Shown piece by piece: positions 1 to 9,642 of a DNA stretch of 42,151 bases. The DNA is from a virus. Its lineage: Duplodnaviria > Caudoviricetes. Numbering within the stretch: the first letter of the stretch is position 1; each line of letters begins with the position of its first letter. The translations under genes and the position numbers were made by a program. The notes beneath the pieces are model-generated. The model was given only the letters and a program-made list of their open reading frames with translations. It was not told where the DNA came from and did not search any database. The DNA lies in IMG/VR virus record IMGVR_UViG_3300043676_000010, positions 1 through 42,151 of that record. The stretch is one strand, 5' to 3'.

Positions 1-40
1 GATCTTAAACACTATTTAATCACTTTAAAAACGAAAAATT

Positions 41-1150
41 ATGCCTTTTGGACAAGTTGGTGCGTATGCCTGTAGAGACCTACAAACCAAATTAATAGAA
101 CATTTCGGAGCCAACGCAGCAGAGTTTAGAACACTCGGCTCGATCGGACTTCTGAAATTCCTTACATCCCCTCAAAACACTAGGGGCTTCCGTAAGATAG
201 ACGTTGAATCAATTCCCGGTAAGAAGCGTGGAGTTGCAATGTTAATTGATAATCCTTTCTGCTTTGATATTTGTTCCCTTTCTGCTGATTGTAATACAAC
301 CCGCATCGAGAACGATAATCCAGCGCAGGAAGTAGTTTTTGATTTAACCGGCCCTGAATATCGTGTTTGCGATACTGCTTCAGGTGAATCTGGTTCGTCT
401 CCTGCCGTTCTTACTTTCTCTGAAGAGGATTTAATGCGTTATTGCACAGAGACAGATACAAGCTATATCACTCGTCAAATCGCACGTTACAACAAGCGTT
501 TCATTGAATCTCTTGATCAGCGGATCTTCGAAGTTCTATCTGCTCAGGTTGGAACTAATGGTGCTGGTGATGCTGTAACGAATCTGAAATTCTTTACCAC
601 TAACGCTGATACTGGTCAGTCAAACTTGAATGCTACTGCTGTTTTCTTCCTGAATCAATTCTGGAAAGATGCAGCTAATGACGGTCAGTTTGCATTGATC
701 GGTGGACAAACTCTTGCTATGATCGCTGAGTTTAAGAAATGGCAGGGCTTGAATGACATGGGTGTTGATCTTAGAAACATCAACGAAGAAATTCCTTTCA
801 TTTATTATGATCGTAATTCAGATGGTGAGCTTGGTTTGCATGACTTCCTTCAAATAAGTCCTGGTGCTGCTCAGTTAGTAACCTGGAATATGTTTAAAGG
901 TGAGAAACGCAGATCAGTAACCGATCTTTATACGCATGATACGTTTATTGATCCTGCAACTGGTATCGAAGTTGATTACCGTTGGTATTTTGATTACAAG
1001 TGCGGTAAATGGACTTATGAGCCGTTCTTGTTTGCAGAATTAGCGGTTAATGCTCCCGGTGGTTGTGGTGAGAATCTGGAAGGAGTTAACGGTATTGTTC
1101 GTATTCACGATTGCTCTGATACTTCAGGTGCAGTTTGTGAATCAGTTTAA
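41..1150 (+). CDS. Probable major capsid protein
   Basis: 369 aa, followed by a strong terminator and then fibre genes; size and position fit; no diagnostic motif verified. Confidence 0.65.
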   Translation: MPFGQVGAYACRDLQTKLIEHFGANAAEFRTLGSIGLLKFLTSPQNTRGFRKIDVESIPGKKRGVAMLIDNPFCFDICSLSADCNTTRIENDNPAQEVVFDLTGPEYRVCDTASGESGSSPAVLTFSEEDLMRYCTETDTSYITRQIARYNKRFIESLDQRIFEVLSAQVGTNGAGDAVTNLKFFTTNADTGQSNLNATAVFFLNQFWKDAANDGQFALIGGQTLAMIAEFKKWQGLNDMGVDLRNINEEIPFIYYDRNSDGELGLHDFLQISPGAAQLVTWNMFKGEKRRSVTDLYTHDTFIDPATGIEVDYRWYFDYKCGKWTYEPFLFAELAVNAPGGCGENLEGVNGIVRIHDCSDTSGAVCESV

Positions 1151-1183
1151 TTGAAACTCCCCGTTTGTCTTTAATAGTTAACA

Positions 1184-1217
1184 AAGGGGAGAGTTTAATT
1201 ACTTTCCCCTTCTTTTT
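1184..1217 (+). terminator. Rho-independent terminator after capsid gene
   Basis: AAGGGGAGAGT(1184-1194)/ACTTTCCCCTT(1201-1211) stem followed by CTTTTT. Confidence 0.75.
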
Positions 1218-1225
1218 AAAGAGCT

Positions 1226-1606
1226 ATGTCAATAAATATTCAGCAAGTTCCAAATGCTCCACCGGGGTATAGTTTAACAGGGAAGAAGGTGATGGTTCAT
1301 GATCAAACAGCTCCTCTGGCAGCGTCAACAGTAATGGTGAATGCTGCCAGTTTAGGAGGTGGTGGAAGTAGTTATGCAGCCCCGATATGGAAAGAAGCTG
1401 ACGGCGATATGGTAGCAGGGCAAACAGACTTTCAGGATAATTCATTAATTGGTGCAACTGAGATCAACTTTATAATAGTTAATAAGATAATAGAGTTTAT
1501 TGATGATGATTACACTTTCGATACTTTAACAGGAACGATTGACCGTAGCCCTAACCAATGGTTTGCCGGTGATAAAATGATTACACCTTATAAACCTTCA
1601 TTATGA
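1226..1606 (+). CDS. Small virion-associated protein (putative decoration/fibre adaptor)
   Basis: 126 aa, GGGGSS linker then beta-rich domain; overlaps the start of the fibre gene. Confidence 0.5.
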   Translation: MSINIQQVPNAPPGYSLTGKKVMVHDQTAPLAASTVMVNAASLGGGGSSYAAPIWKEADGDMVAGQTDFQDNSLIGATEINFIIVNKIIEFIDDDYTFDTLTGTIDRSPNQWFAGDKMITPYKPSL

Positions 1607-4600
1607 TGAAAAAAATATTATTACTTATATTATTGTTTGCTTGTTTGATCACTAAAGCTCAGTTTCCTAATACTGTAACAGGTGGTAATAGTTCAACATT
1701 AAATAAGCAACTTGGAGCTTATGGAGCTAACTTAGGTTATGTTTGGACAGCAGCTTACAGTGATACCACAGCAGCAAATTTATCATTTATTAAAAATGTT
1801 CCTGGTATTGTAATAAGAATTGGCAATGATCTTTGGATGCGTAGTGCTAATATACTTGTGTGGATAAAAATATCTGGGGGTGGATCAGGCGGTTACTTCA
1901 ATCCAAACCAAACATCAACAGGCAATACACTGCATGACGGTAACGGATACGACTTTGTGCATGATTCATCTTCTAATATATTTTATCACTTAAAAAGAAA
2001 TGGCACATCTCAATTTGACATATTTGCTTCAAGAGGCTTCTCTGCTTTCATAGGTGATATTAGTGGTAGTTATTACGGGTATTATGATCTGTGGGAAGAT
2101 TTCAATGAATTTTACTTAGGTATTAACGGGGGTGAAACAATGATAAACCAAAGCCCATCAAGTTCTGGTTCTTCAACATTAATATGGTCAAAGTTAGGTG
2201 GTCAGGGTTCATTTTTAAATGTAAGAGATACTGATATGTATTTAGATGCCCGTAATGGGAAATTGAAATTTGGCAATCTTACAAACCTGTCTACTCAAAA
2301 CAGATTACTTGGTCAGTTTGGTACGTCAACACAGGTGGGGTATGTAACTATGGGTATTGATCTTCTTTTAGCGTCTGGAGTTATTAGTGCCGATACAACA
2401 ACCGGAACAACAAAACTTGCAACGCAAGGTGATATTACAAGAGCGATATCGGCAAGCGTTCCGACACTTACACAATATTATGTAGGTGTTGGTGATGCCA
2501 GCAACTTATTAAGCGGTTCCGCAAATCTTCAATTTCAATCAGGGGCTTTAGCAGTAAACAACTCGGGGGGCAATGATGGAATTATGCAATTTGGCTATGG
2601 TGTAATGAAAGAATTTGTTAGTGTATCAACTCCGGCTTCCGGTTATGGAACTATATACACTAAAAACGATGGAACAATACATTATAAAAATTCAGCAGGA
2701 ACGGATTATGATTTAACGGCGGGTGGTTCAGGAACAGGTTCTAATCTTTCATGGGATGCAGCAAATCATCAAGTGGATATAGATGGCGGTGGTACAAGCG
2801 CAACTATACCTTATGCTACTACTGCAACAGATGGTTTAATAAGTTCAGCAAGCCAAACAATAGATGGTGCTAAAACTTTTAATAATGGTATAGTAGCTCC
2901 TTCAATTAGTGATGCATCTGCATTATTTAATTTACATATTACAGCAGGACAAGGAGATTTATCATTATCAAATGGTTCAGCTACCGACCACATAAGACCA
3001 CAGGCATCTTCAGCAGGAAGTAGTAATAGATTACCGAATACAGGAAATGTGGCTGACACACTTGCAACTTTATATGATGTTCGGGCTGGAGGTGGTGGTA
3101 GCACACCTGACCTTCAAGCTGTAACAAATGTTGACAATGAAACTACTAATGATATACTTATAAATAGGTCTACCGCAACGCTTTCTTTATATGACGGAGC
3201 CGCTAATGCAGCTGTAACAGTTGGACTATCTTCTATTTTCCATTCACCAAATGACGGGTATATAGGTTTTACAAATGATAATAATAAGCATACATTTTTA
3301 TCTCATTTATCAACTCAATCATCTTTAAAATTATATCTTCCAGATGCAGTTAGCGGAGATACTTTAGCTACGCAACAATGGGTAAGAGATAATGCAGGCG
3401 GTGGCGGCGGTTACACAAACCTCACCCAATTTGTAGCACAAAATAACTGGAAAATATTTCATAGCGATGGCAGTGGAGACGTTCAAGAACTTTCATTAGG
3501 TGCTGCCGGTTCGCCATTTTATTCTGTAGGCACATCTTCCACACCGGCATTCTTTGCAGCCGTTGATTACGCTACAAGTGGAACAAATGTAAAAATAACA
3601 ACACAGAACACTACTGATGTAGGATTAGAAATAAAATTAGCATCTTCTCAAACAGCTAATGCTTTAAATATTTCTTCGAGTAGTGGAACGGGAGATATTG
3701 TCAGTGTTTCATCAGCAGGTAAAACTTTAATAAATACATCGAGCGATTCTGATCCCATTGCAGGGACAAGTAAATTTAAGGTTGTAGAAGCAGGGCAAAT
3801 ACTTTCATTTACAGATAACGGTGCTACTGGGCAAGGATGGCTTGCGGTAAGCAACGGCACGATAACAGGATTCGTAGGTCATACCCATCCGACTGATGGA
3901 TTTGTAATTGGTTCGTTTACCGGGCATGATGTTACAATAAGGCAATCAAACGTTGCAAGATTTAAAATAATAAACTCTGATGCAACAACAAGGATAGATC
4001 AAAAATTATATGTAGGGGCTTTAGCTACTGCGCCGACAGCTATACTGCATCTTAAAGCTGGAACGGCAACAGCAGGAACAGCTCCTTTGAAATTAACATC
4101 AGGAACCAACTTATCAATTACCGAAGCGGGCGCAATAGAATACGATGGGACACATTTATATTTTACAGCTACTAATGCTGGTACAAGGTATCAATTAGAC
4201 CAACAAGGCGGCGGTTCTTTTAATTTTGCCCGTTCACTTGTTACAAATACTACTGATGTCGGCAATGTTGGCGTAGGCGAAGACGATTTAATGACATATT
4301 CAGTCCCTGCCGGAACACTTGGTGTAAATGGTGATTACATAGAATTTACTATGTCGTTTGACTTAGCTGCTAACGCAAATACTAAGCAAGTAAAAGTAAA
4401 ATTCGGAGCAACTACAATTTATGCAAGTGGCGCACAAGCCCAGAATGACGGGGTGATAACAATAACAGGGCAGATCATAAGAACTGGCGCAGCGACACAA
4501 CGAATTACTTACAGCGTAACAAGCAATGCAACATTATTTCCAGACTATGCAGATTATGTAACGGCAGGAGAAACATTGAGTGGAGCTGTTACATTAAAAG

Positions 4601-4674
4601 CAACAGGAGAAGCAACGAGCAATGATGACATTATCCAAAAAATAAATCTTGTAAAATTATTGCCTAATAATTAA
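1603..4674 (+). CDS. Fibre-like protein with N-terminal Sec signal peptide
   Basis: 1023 aa, G/S/T-rich modules joined by poly-Gly linkers; N-terminus MMKKILLLILLFACLITKA|Q. Confidence 0.75.
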   Translation: MMKKILLLILLFACLITKAQFPNTVTGGNSSTLNKQLGAYGANLGYVWTAAYSDTTAANLSFIKNVPGIVIRIGNDLWMRSANILVWIKISGGGSGGYFNPNQTSTGNTLHDGNGYDFVHDSSSNIFYHLKRNGTSQFDIFASRGFSAFIGDISGSYYGYYDLWEDFNEFYLGINGGETMINQSPSSSGSSTLIWSKLGGQGSFLNVRDTDMYLDARNGKLKFGNLTNLSTQNRLLGQFGTSTQVGYVTMGIDLLLASGVISADTTTGTTKLATQGDITRAISASVPTLTQYYVGVGDASNLLSGSANLQFQSGALAVNNSGGNDGIMQFGYGVMKEFVSVSTPASGYGTIYTKNDGTIHYKNSAGTDYDLTAGGSGTGSNLSWDAANHQVDIDGGGTSATIPYATTATDGLISSASQTIDGAKTFNNGIVAPSISDASALFNLHITAGQGDLSLSNGSATDHIRPQASSAGSSNRLPNTGNVADTLATLYDVRAGGGGSTPDLQAVTNVDNETTNDILINRSTATLSLYDGAANAAVTVGLSSIFHSPNDGYIGFTNDNNKHTFLSHLSTQSSLKLYLPDAVSGDTLATQQWVRDNAGGGGGYTNLTQFVAQNNWKIFHSDGSGDVQELSLGAAGSPFYSVGTSSTPAFFAAVDYATSGTNVKITTQNTTDVGLEIKLASSQTANALNISSSSGTGDIVSVSSAGKTLINTSSDSDPIAGTSKFKVVEAGQILSFTDNGATGQGWLAVSNGTITGFVGHTHPTDGFVIGSFTGHDVTIRQSNVARFKIINSDATTRIDQKLYVGALATAPTAILHLKAGTATAGTAPLKLTSGTNLSITEAGAIEYDGTHLYFTATNAGTRYQLDQQGGGSFNFARSLVTNTTDVGNVGVGEDDLMTYSVPAGTLGVNGDYIEFTMSFDLAANANTKQVKVKFGATTIYASGAQAQNDGVITITGQIIRTGAATQRITYSVTSNATLFPDYADYVTAGETLSGAVTLKATGEATSNDDIIQKINLVKLLPNN

Positions 4675-4678
4675 TACT

Positions 4679-5659
4679 ATGAATAGAATAATATTGATAA
4701 TATTTTGTTTTGTTTCGGTGTCAAGTTCAGCACAGCTAAGAAGTGCAGGAACAGGGTCGGGTAGTATTGTTTATTCTACCTCGCCAACACTTGTCACGCC
4801 GAATTTAGGAACGCCAACTACACTTGTGGCTACTAATGCTACGGGTACAGCATCCGGTCTTACTGCGGGAAACGTAACTACTAATGCCAATCTAACTGGA
4901 GATGTAACAAGTTCTGGAAATGCAACTACAATCGGAGCGTTAAAAGTGACTACAGGTATGCTTGCTGCGAATGCTGCAACTCTTGCAAAATTAGATGCGA
5001 GTAATGCGACAGCAAATAAAGTATTAATGTCAGGTTCAAGCGCATCGCCAACATGGTCAACTCCTACTTTCCCTAACGCTTCAGCTACATCAAGAAAGAT
5101 AATTGTTAGTGATGGCACAAACTGGACTGCATCAACTGAATTATGGCCTATTGCAACCACATCAGGTAATACACTTATTAGCGATGGCACGAATTGGGTT
5201 ACTACAGCTACACGAAGCAACTGGACATCATTAGTAGTAAGCGGTTCTAATTATACGAATGCCACTACATCATTAACGGATATAACAGGACTTGTATCAG
5301 GTACGCTTGCAACTGCAACGTTATATGAATTTAACGCTACACTATATGTCAATTCAAGTTCTACAGCAGGAATGCAAATCGCAGTTGATCAAACAGGAGG
5401 AGGAACAGGTCAAATAGGTGTTTGGTCTGGTGATGCTACGAGTGCAACAGCTACAGCAATATCAATAGCCAGTAACGCATTGGCTCAATCTGGTGCTGCT
5501 TGTGTTCTTGTTAATGGTGATGGAGTAATAACAATTAGGGGATTTATTAAGACAGGTAGTTCTGGGTCTCCAACTATAAAAATAAGAGCATTAAAAACAA
5601 CATCTGGAACAGCAACAGTTTATATAGGATCAGTAATGAGATTCAGAGTAGCAAACTAA
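4679..5659 (+). CDS. Second fibre-like protein with signal peptide
   Basis: MNRIILIIFCFVSVSSSA|Q; SPTLVTPNLGTP, LTGDVTSSGNATTI and duplicated SDGTNW segments typical of phage fibres. Confidence 0.7.
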   Translation: MNRIILIIFCFVSVSSSAQLRSAGTGSGSIVYSTSPTLVTPNLGTPTTLVATNATGTASGLTAGNVTTNANLTGDVTSSGNATTIGALKVTTGMLAANAATLAKLDASNATANKVLMSGSSASPTWSTPTFPNASATSRKIIVSDGTNWTASTELWPIATTSGNTLISDGTNWVTTATRSNWTSLVVSGSNYTNATTSLTDITGLVSGTLATATLYEFNATLYVNSSSTAGMQIAVDQTGGGTGQIGVWSGDATSATATAISIASNALAQSGAACVLVNGDGVITIRGFIKTGSSGSPTIKIRALKTTSGTATVYIGSVMRFRVAN

Positions 5660-5664
5660 AAATT

Positions 5665-5922
5665 ATGAAAAATATACTAATTATCGCAGCTATCTTATTT
5701 TCAAGTGTGGTTTATAGTCAGACTAGCAAGGATACAACAGCTAAGAAAATAAAAGTGCCGGTTGATACGGCGTACATTCTTGGTGGTAATATTCCAGACT
5801 TCCAATTGTTATATAAAGCAATAAATACTCCTGGGTCGGTGACAAGAGATGAAATAAGTGTATTGCTGGCATGGCTACAACAAATTAAAATGGTTGAAGT
5901 ACCTAAAAAACCAAAACAATGA
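5665..5922 (+). CDS. Small exported protein
   Basis: MKNILIIAAILFSSVVYS|Q signal peptide. Confidence 0.65.
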   Translation: MKNILIIAAILFSSVVYSQTSKDTTAKKIKVPVDTAYILGGNIPDFQLLYKAINTPGSVTRDEISVLLAWLQQIKMVEVPKKPKQ

Positions 5923-6350
5923 AAAAGATATTATTATTAATCATACTGTCAATTTCCCTGAAGTCATTCAGCCAGAACATAGACACCGTTTATGTTCGTA
6001 ATCTTTCTTTAAGGGCTGAAGATTGGTACTGGCTAAAAGCAAGTTGGACGCCACGGGATTCAACAGAGAAAAAAGTATGGAAGAAAATGAGAGTGAAATT
6101 AATCCTTGATGCTCCTGCTTCTAATATTACTATGGTGACAATTGATAGCATACCGGGACGATTAGCTTTATTTTTTTATTCTACTTTTTTAAACGCATCA
6201 AAAGGGGAGACAAGCAACATGACTAATAATATTTCGCAGAATATAAAAGCCTATACACCGATGCTTACGTTTACTACAATAGTAGATTTGGCATTTACTA
6301 ATAGGTTTACAAATAACAGACAAAACGGTAAAGACGACTTTAATAATTAA
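5919..6350 (+). CDS. Exported protein
   Basis: MKKILLLIILSISLKSFS|Q signal peptide; ATGA overlap with previous ORF. Confidence 0.65.
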   Translation: MKKILLLIILSISLKSFSQNIDTVYVRNLSLRAEDWYWLKASWTPRDSTEKKVWKKMRVKLILDAPASNITMVTIDSIPGRLALFFYSTFLNASKGETSNMTNNISQNIKAYTPMLTFTTIVDLAFTNRFTNNRQNGKDDFNN

Positions 6351-6359
6351 ATATAATAT

Positions 6360-6662
6360 ATGACAAAAGTAAAACCTCCGAAACCGCCGCATGGCACTCC
6401 TCCAAACAATATTCCTGCTCCAGAAGGATTAGTAGCTACTATTAAATCAGATGGTGTTCTTCTACAATGGTACAGCGTTCCATTTGCAACAACTTATTGG
6501 ATTTCCAGAAGTGACAGGGAAGCATTGGGCGAAAAAGCTATTGCAATTATTACCGGAACAAGTTTTACAGATCATCACCCTGTTGTGGGGACTACTTATA
6601 AAGTTGCGGCAGTTGTTGGTGATACTCTTGGGAACTTCTCAAATCCGGTAACTCCAATATAA
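6360..6662 (+). CDS. Stand-alone fibronectin type III-like protein
   Basis: PAPEGL...VLLQW...ATTYWISR...TSFTD...TYKVAAV FN3 pattern after a Pro/Lys-rich N-terminus. Confidence 0.65.
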   Translation: MTKVKPPKPPHGTPPNNIPAPEGLVATIKSDGVLLQWYSVPFATTYWISRSDREALGEKAIAIITGTSFTDHHPVVGTTYKVAAVVGDTLGNFSNPVTPI

Positions 6663-6883
6663 TGTCAGATGCCGTATTAATAGTAGTTGCACCCTCAGTA
6701 ATAACAACTATTGGGTTAATTGTTGTAGCTTACTTAAATACTAGGCAGAACAAAAAGATTTCAGAAAAGGTTGATGGATATCATAAAGAGGTGAATGGTA
6801 AAATGGGGGAGTTGTTAACGACAACAAAAGCATTAGGTAACGCAGAAGGTAAAGCACAAGAAAAAGCGAAAAGTAAAAAATAA
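6662..6883 (+). CDS. Single-TM membrane protein (holin/antiholin-like)
   Basis: N-terminal hydrophobic helix, basic C-terminus. Confidence 0.5.
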   Translation: MSDAVLIVVAPSVITTIGLIVVAYLNTRQNKKISEKVDGYHKEVNGKMGELLTTTKALGNAEGKAQEKAKSKK

Positions 6884-7173
6884 TGGGAGCCAAATTTGAT
6901 GCACTTTTTAAGGCGTTTAAAGACAATCCTACTGCTGCAATTATGACGTTGCTAGTAATTGGCATTTCTGTTATGTTTACTATTAATCAAAAAACAAATT
7001 CTAGTGTTCAGGATGATCTAAGGAAAGCAAATAAAGATTGTGCTACTGAAAAATATGTCGTTCAGGTTCAGGTAGAACAATTAAGAGGTCAAATTGTTGA
7101 TTTAACCGGAGCATTCAAAGAACTTAAAGGAGAGATGAACACACTTAGAAAACTTGGTATCGTAAAAGAATGA
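6883..7173 (+). CDS. TM plus coiled-coil protein (i-spanin-like)
   Basis: One N-terminal TM then heptad coiled coil; overlaps a downstream lipoprotein gene. Confidence 0.45.
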   Translation: MGAKFDALFKAFKDNPTAAIMTLLVIGISVMFTINQKTNSSVQDDLRKANKDCATEKYVVQVQVEQLRGQIVDLTGAFKELKGEMNTLRKLGIVKE

Positions 7174-7931
7174 GAAATTTAATCTACATATTGTTTGTTT
7201 TTGCTTCCTGCAATAGTAGTTCTGAAAAAGCAAATCCGATACCTGTAAGTAATAAACCTTTAACTGATTCTATTTCGCTAATAGTTGACAGCCTTCAAGA
7301 GTGGACAGATGACCTTTCGAATGTTTCTGATTACGCTATCAAGGCTCAGTCTAAAATTGATCAGTTACAAAAAGAGAATAGAGAACTTGCTCAAAGAGCA
7401 GGAGAGAGTGAACCACTAGCTTTTAAGTTTAACGAATACCCAGATAATAGAGATAAGCAAATAAGCGATTTGATTACTGAACTTTCTGCTCTTAAAAAAG
7501 AAAACGTAAGGCTTAGAAAACGTATTGAAGCGGATAGTTTAATTAAGTACGGTAAGATAAAATCAATGCCGGATTATATCGACCAAGTGCCTAACGAACT
7601 AAAACCAAACGACAAAAGTTTAATTGTTACCTTAAATAAGAAATTAAGGGGTGATGGTGACATTTCGGAACAGGGTGTAAGTGTTTGGATAATGAAGTAC
7701 ACTAAAGACGCTAAAAAGGCTTTTAAAGGGTATGAAAGTTGTCAGCAAAAAGACTTAAATTTATTAAATGCTAAAGAGGCAAACTATTATCGGGGTCAGT
7801 ATTTTTTTAATGATGTAGAACCCGGAAAGTATTTAATAAAAGTGTGTGCTTTGTTTGGAAACTGGATGGTGATTAATAAAAAGGATTATAAACAGGAGAT
7901 CGAAATATTGATGTCTCCACCTATTCAATAA
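7170..7931 (+). CDS. Lipoprotein with coiled coils and C-terminal beta domain
   Basis: MRNLIYILFVFAS|C lipobox. Confidence 0.6.
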   Translation: MRNLIYILFVFASCNSSSEKANPIPVSNKPLTDSISLIVDSLQEWTDDLSNVSDYAIKAQSKIDQLQKENRELAQRAGESEPLAFKFNEYPDNRDKQISDLITELSALKKENVRLRKRIEADSLIKYGKIKSMPDYIDQVPNELKPNDKSLIVTLNKKLRGDGDISEQGVSVWIMKYTKDAKKAFKGYESCQQKDLNLLNAKEANYYRGQYFFNDVEPGKYLIKVCALFGNWMVINKKDYKQEIEILMSPPIQ

Positions 7932-7945
7932 TTAAAAATTAAATC

Positions 7946-8236
7946 ATGGCAACAGTAACAGGATCGAAACAGTTCTCACTTAACATTCGGGACATTGTAA
8001 AAGGATTGGTAATGGCGGTAATACTTCCGGTCATTAACGTAATCTATCAATCTATTGAAGCAGGATCATTTGAGTTCGATTGGAAAAGAATTGGTCTTTT
8101 GGCTGCGGGTGGTTTTATCGCTTACATTATTAAAAACTTCCTTACCCCTGCTGAAGTCACTATTACTAATGTAAAAAACGATACCGTTGAAGCTATTAAA
8201 GATGGTACCGCTGATGTAAAAGTAGTGACCAAATGA
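7946..8236 (+). CDS. Putative holin (2 TM)
   Basis: Two hydrophobic helices, charged C-terminus, lysis-cassette position. Confidence 0.6.
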   Translation: MATVTGSKQFSLNIRDIVKGLVMAVILPVINVIYQSIEAGSFEFDWKRIGLLAAGGFIAYIIKNFLTPAEVTITNVKNDTVEAIKDGTADVKVVTK

Positions 8237-8757
8237 AGAAATGGGCATTCATATTATGTTTTGGATTCTTAGCCTGTAATGTAGAAAACAGACAAAAGAC
8301 TAAAGCACAACTTTATCTTTTTAAACATCCTGAATTTTCTGCGGGTTATTGCGCTAAACAATTTCCTGATAAATCGGATTCTGTAATAGTAAAAACCGAT
8401 ACTGTAACTGAGATTCAGTTTATGGATTCGATAGTTTTTGATACGGATACTATTTTCAGGGATTCATTAGGTTTTAAATACAGAACAATTACAAAGATCG
8501 TAACCAAAACTATCACCAAGGATAACATCATTTACAGGGAGAACAGAGCCGAACAGGAACGATTGCAGTTAGCCTTTCTTGAATGCCAAAAGACAACGGC
8601 TGCTTTAGTTCAAAAAAATACAGTCTTAGAACAGGATAGAAACGATTGGAAAGGTAAGGCAAGAAAAAGAGGCTGGATGTTTTTGGGTTTAATATTCTTG
8701 GTTGTAGGTGCTGTTGGAATGAGGCTATACTTAAAAAGTAAATCAATTATAAAATGA
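8233..8757 (+). CDS. Putative unimolecular spanin
   Basis: N-terminal lipobox (FGFLA|C) plus C-terminal TM (GWMFLGLIFLVVGAVGM), the T1 gp11 topology. Confidence 0.65.
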   Translation: MKKWAFILCFGFLACNVENRQKTKAQLYLFKHPEFSAGYCAKQFPDKSDSVIVKTDTVTEIQFMDSIVFDTDTIFRDSLGFKYRTITKIVTKTITKDNIIYRENRAEQERLQLAFLECQKTTAALVQKNTVLEQDRNDWKGKARKRGWMFLGLIFLVVGAVGMRLYLKSKSIIK

Positions 8758-9641
8758 AAAAACTATTTCTTCCAATTATAATAGCTGTAACCATGATTGG
8801 TTGTGATTTTAGTGGTCAGCCAAAAGATGACCGAGTGCCAAGAGAAGATACTACGGTTACGCCAATAGACACCACAATAATTGAAGATGGGGTTGCGCCG
8901 GTAGCATCAAACGTGACCGCTAAAGCTAAACCACAAAAGAAAGAAAAAATAACTTGCTCATTCGGATTTAAAAAACTTAACAACAGGAAACGACCAATTG
9001 AAGAAGCTCCTGGTGGGAAGAAAGGTAAACCTGTTAAACCGGGAACCGAACCTCCTTTACCGCCTCAGCCTCCCACAATTTCAAACAACGTTATTTATAT
9101 AAACTATTTTGGGAAAGATATTCCTCCTACCATGTGGAGTATAACCCCATTTTCGGTTGGTGATGCGGGATTAGCGCAGCCTGAAATTGACTACATAACA
9201 ACAGCAGTAGCGGCACATTTCCCTGAATATAATATAAGGATCACACAAGACAAAGCTATTTTTGATGCTGCTCCCGTTGGTCACAGAATTGAAGTAGTAG
9301 TTACGGAAGATTACCAATGGTACGGAAGTGCAGGAGGAGTTGCTTACTTAAATTCTTTTACATGGTCAGACGGATCACCCGCTTTTGTTTTTAGCACTCT
9401 GTTAAGTTACAATTCACATTACATCGCTGAAGCTATTGCACACGAAGCGGGTCATACACTTGGGTTAAGACATCAATCAGAATGTGTTAACGGGATAAAG
9501 GCCGTTGAGTATTCTTACGGTAAAACAATGGGTAATAGCTATGGGTCATATCCTCAAGGGGCTTGGGTTATAGGAGTAAATCCTTTTTGTGCTACACAGG
9601 ATGATAATGCTTTATTAACAGCAGCAGTTGGGAGGAAGTAA
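8754..9641 (+). CDS. Lipoprotein zinc metalloprotease (metzincin)
   Basis: Lipobox TMIG|C; Pro/Lys linker; HEAGHTLGLRH (HExxHxxGxxH) at 9441-9473. Confidence 0.8.
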   Translation: MKKLFLPIIIAVTMIGCDFSGQPKDDRVPREDTTVTPIDTTIIEDGVAPVASNVTAKAKPQKKEKITCSFGFKKLNNRKRPIEEAPGGKKGKPVKPGTEPPLPPQPPTISNNVIYINYFGKDIPPTMWSITPFSVGDAGLAQPEIDYITTAVAAHFPEYNIRITQDKAIFDAAPVGHRIEVVVTEDYQWYGSAGGVAYLNSFTWSDGSPAFVFSTLLSYNSHYIAEAIAHEAGHTLGLRHQSECVNGIKAVEYSYGKTMGNSYGSYPQGAWVIGVNPFCATQDDNALLTAAVGRK

Positions 9642-9642
9642 T

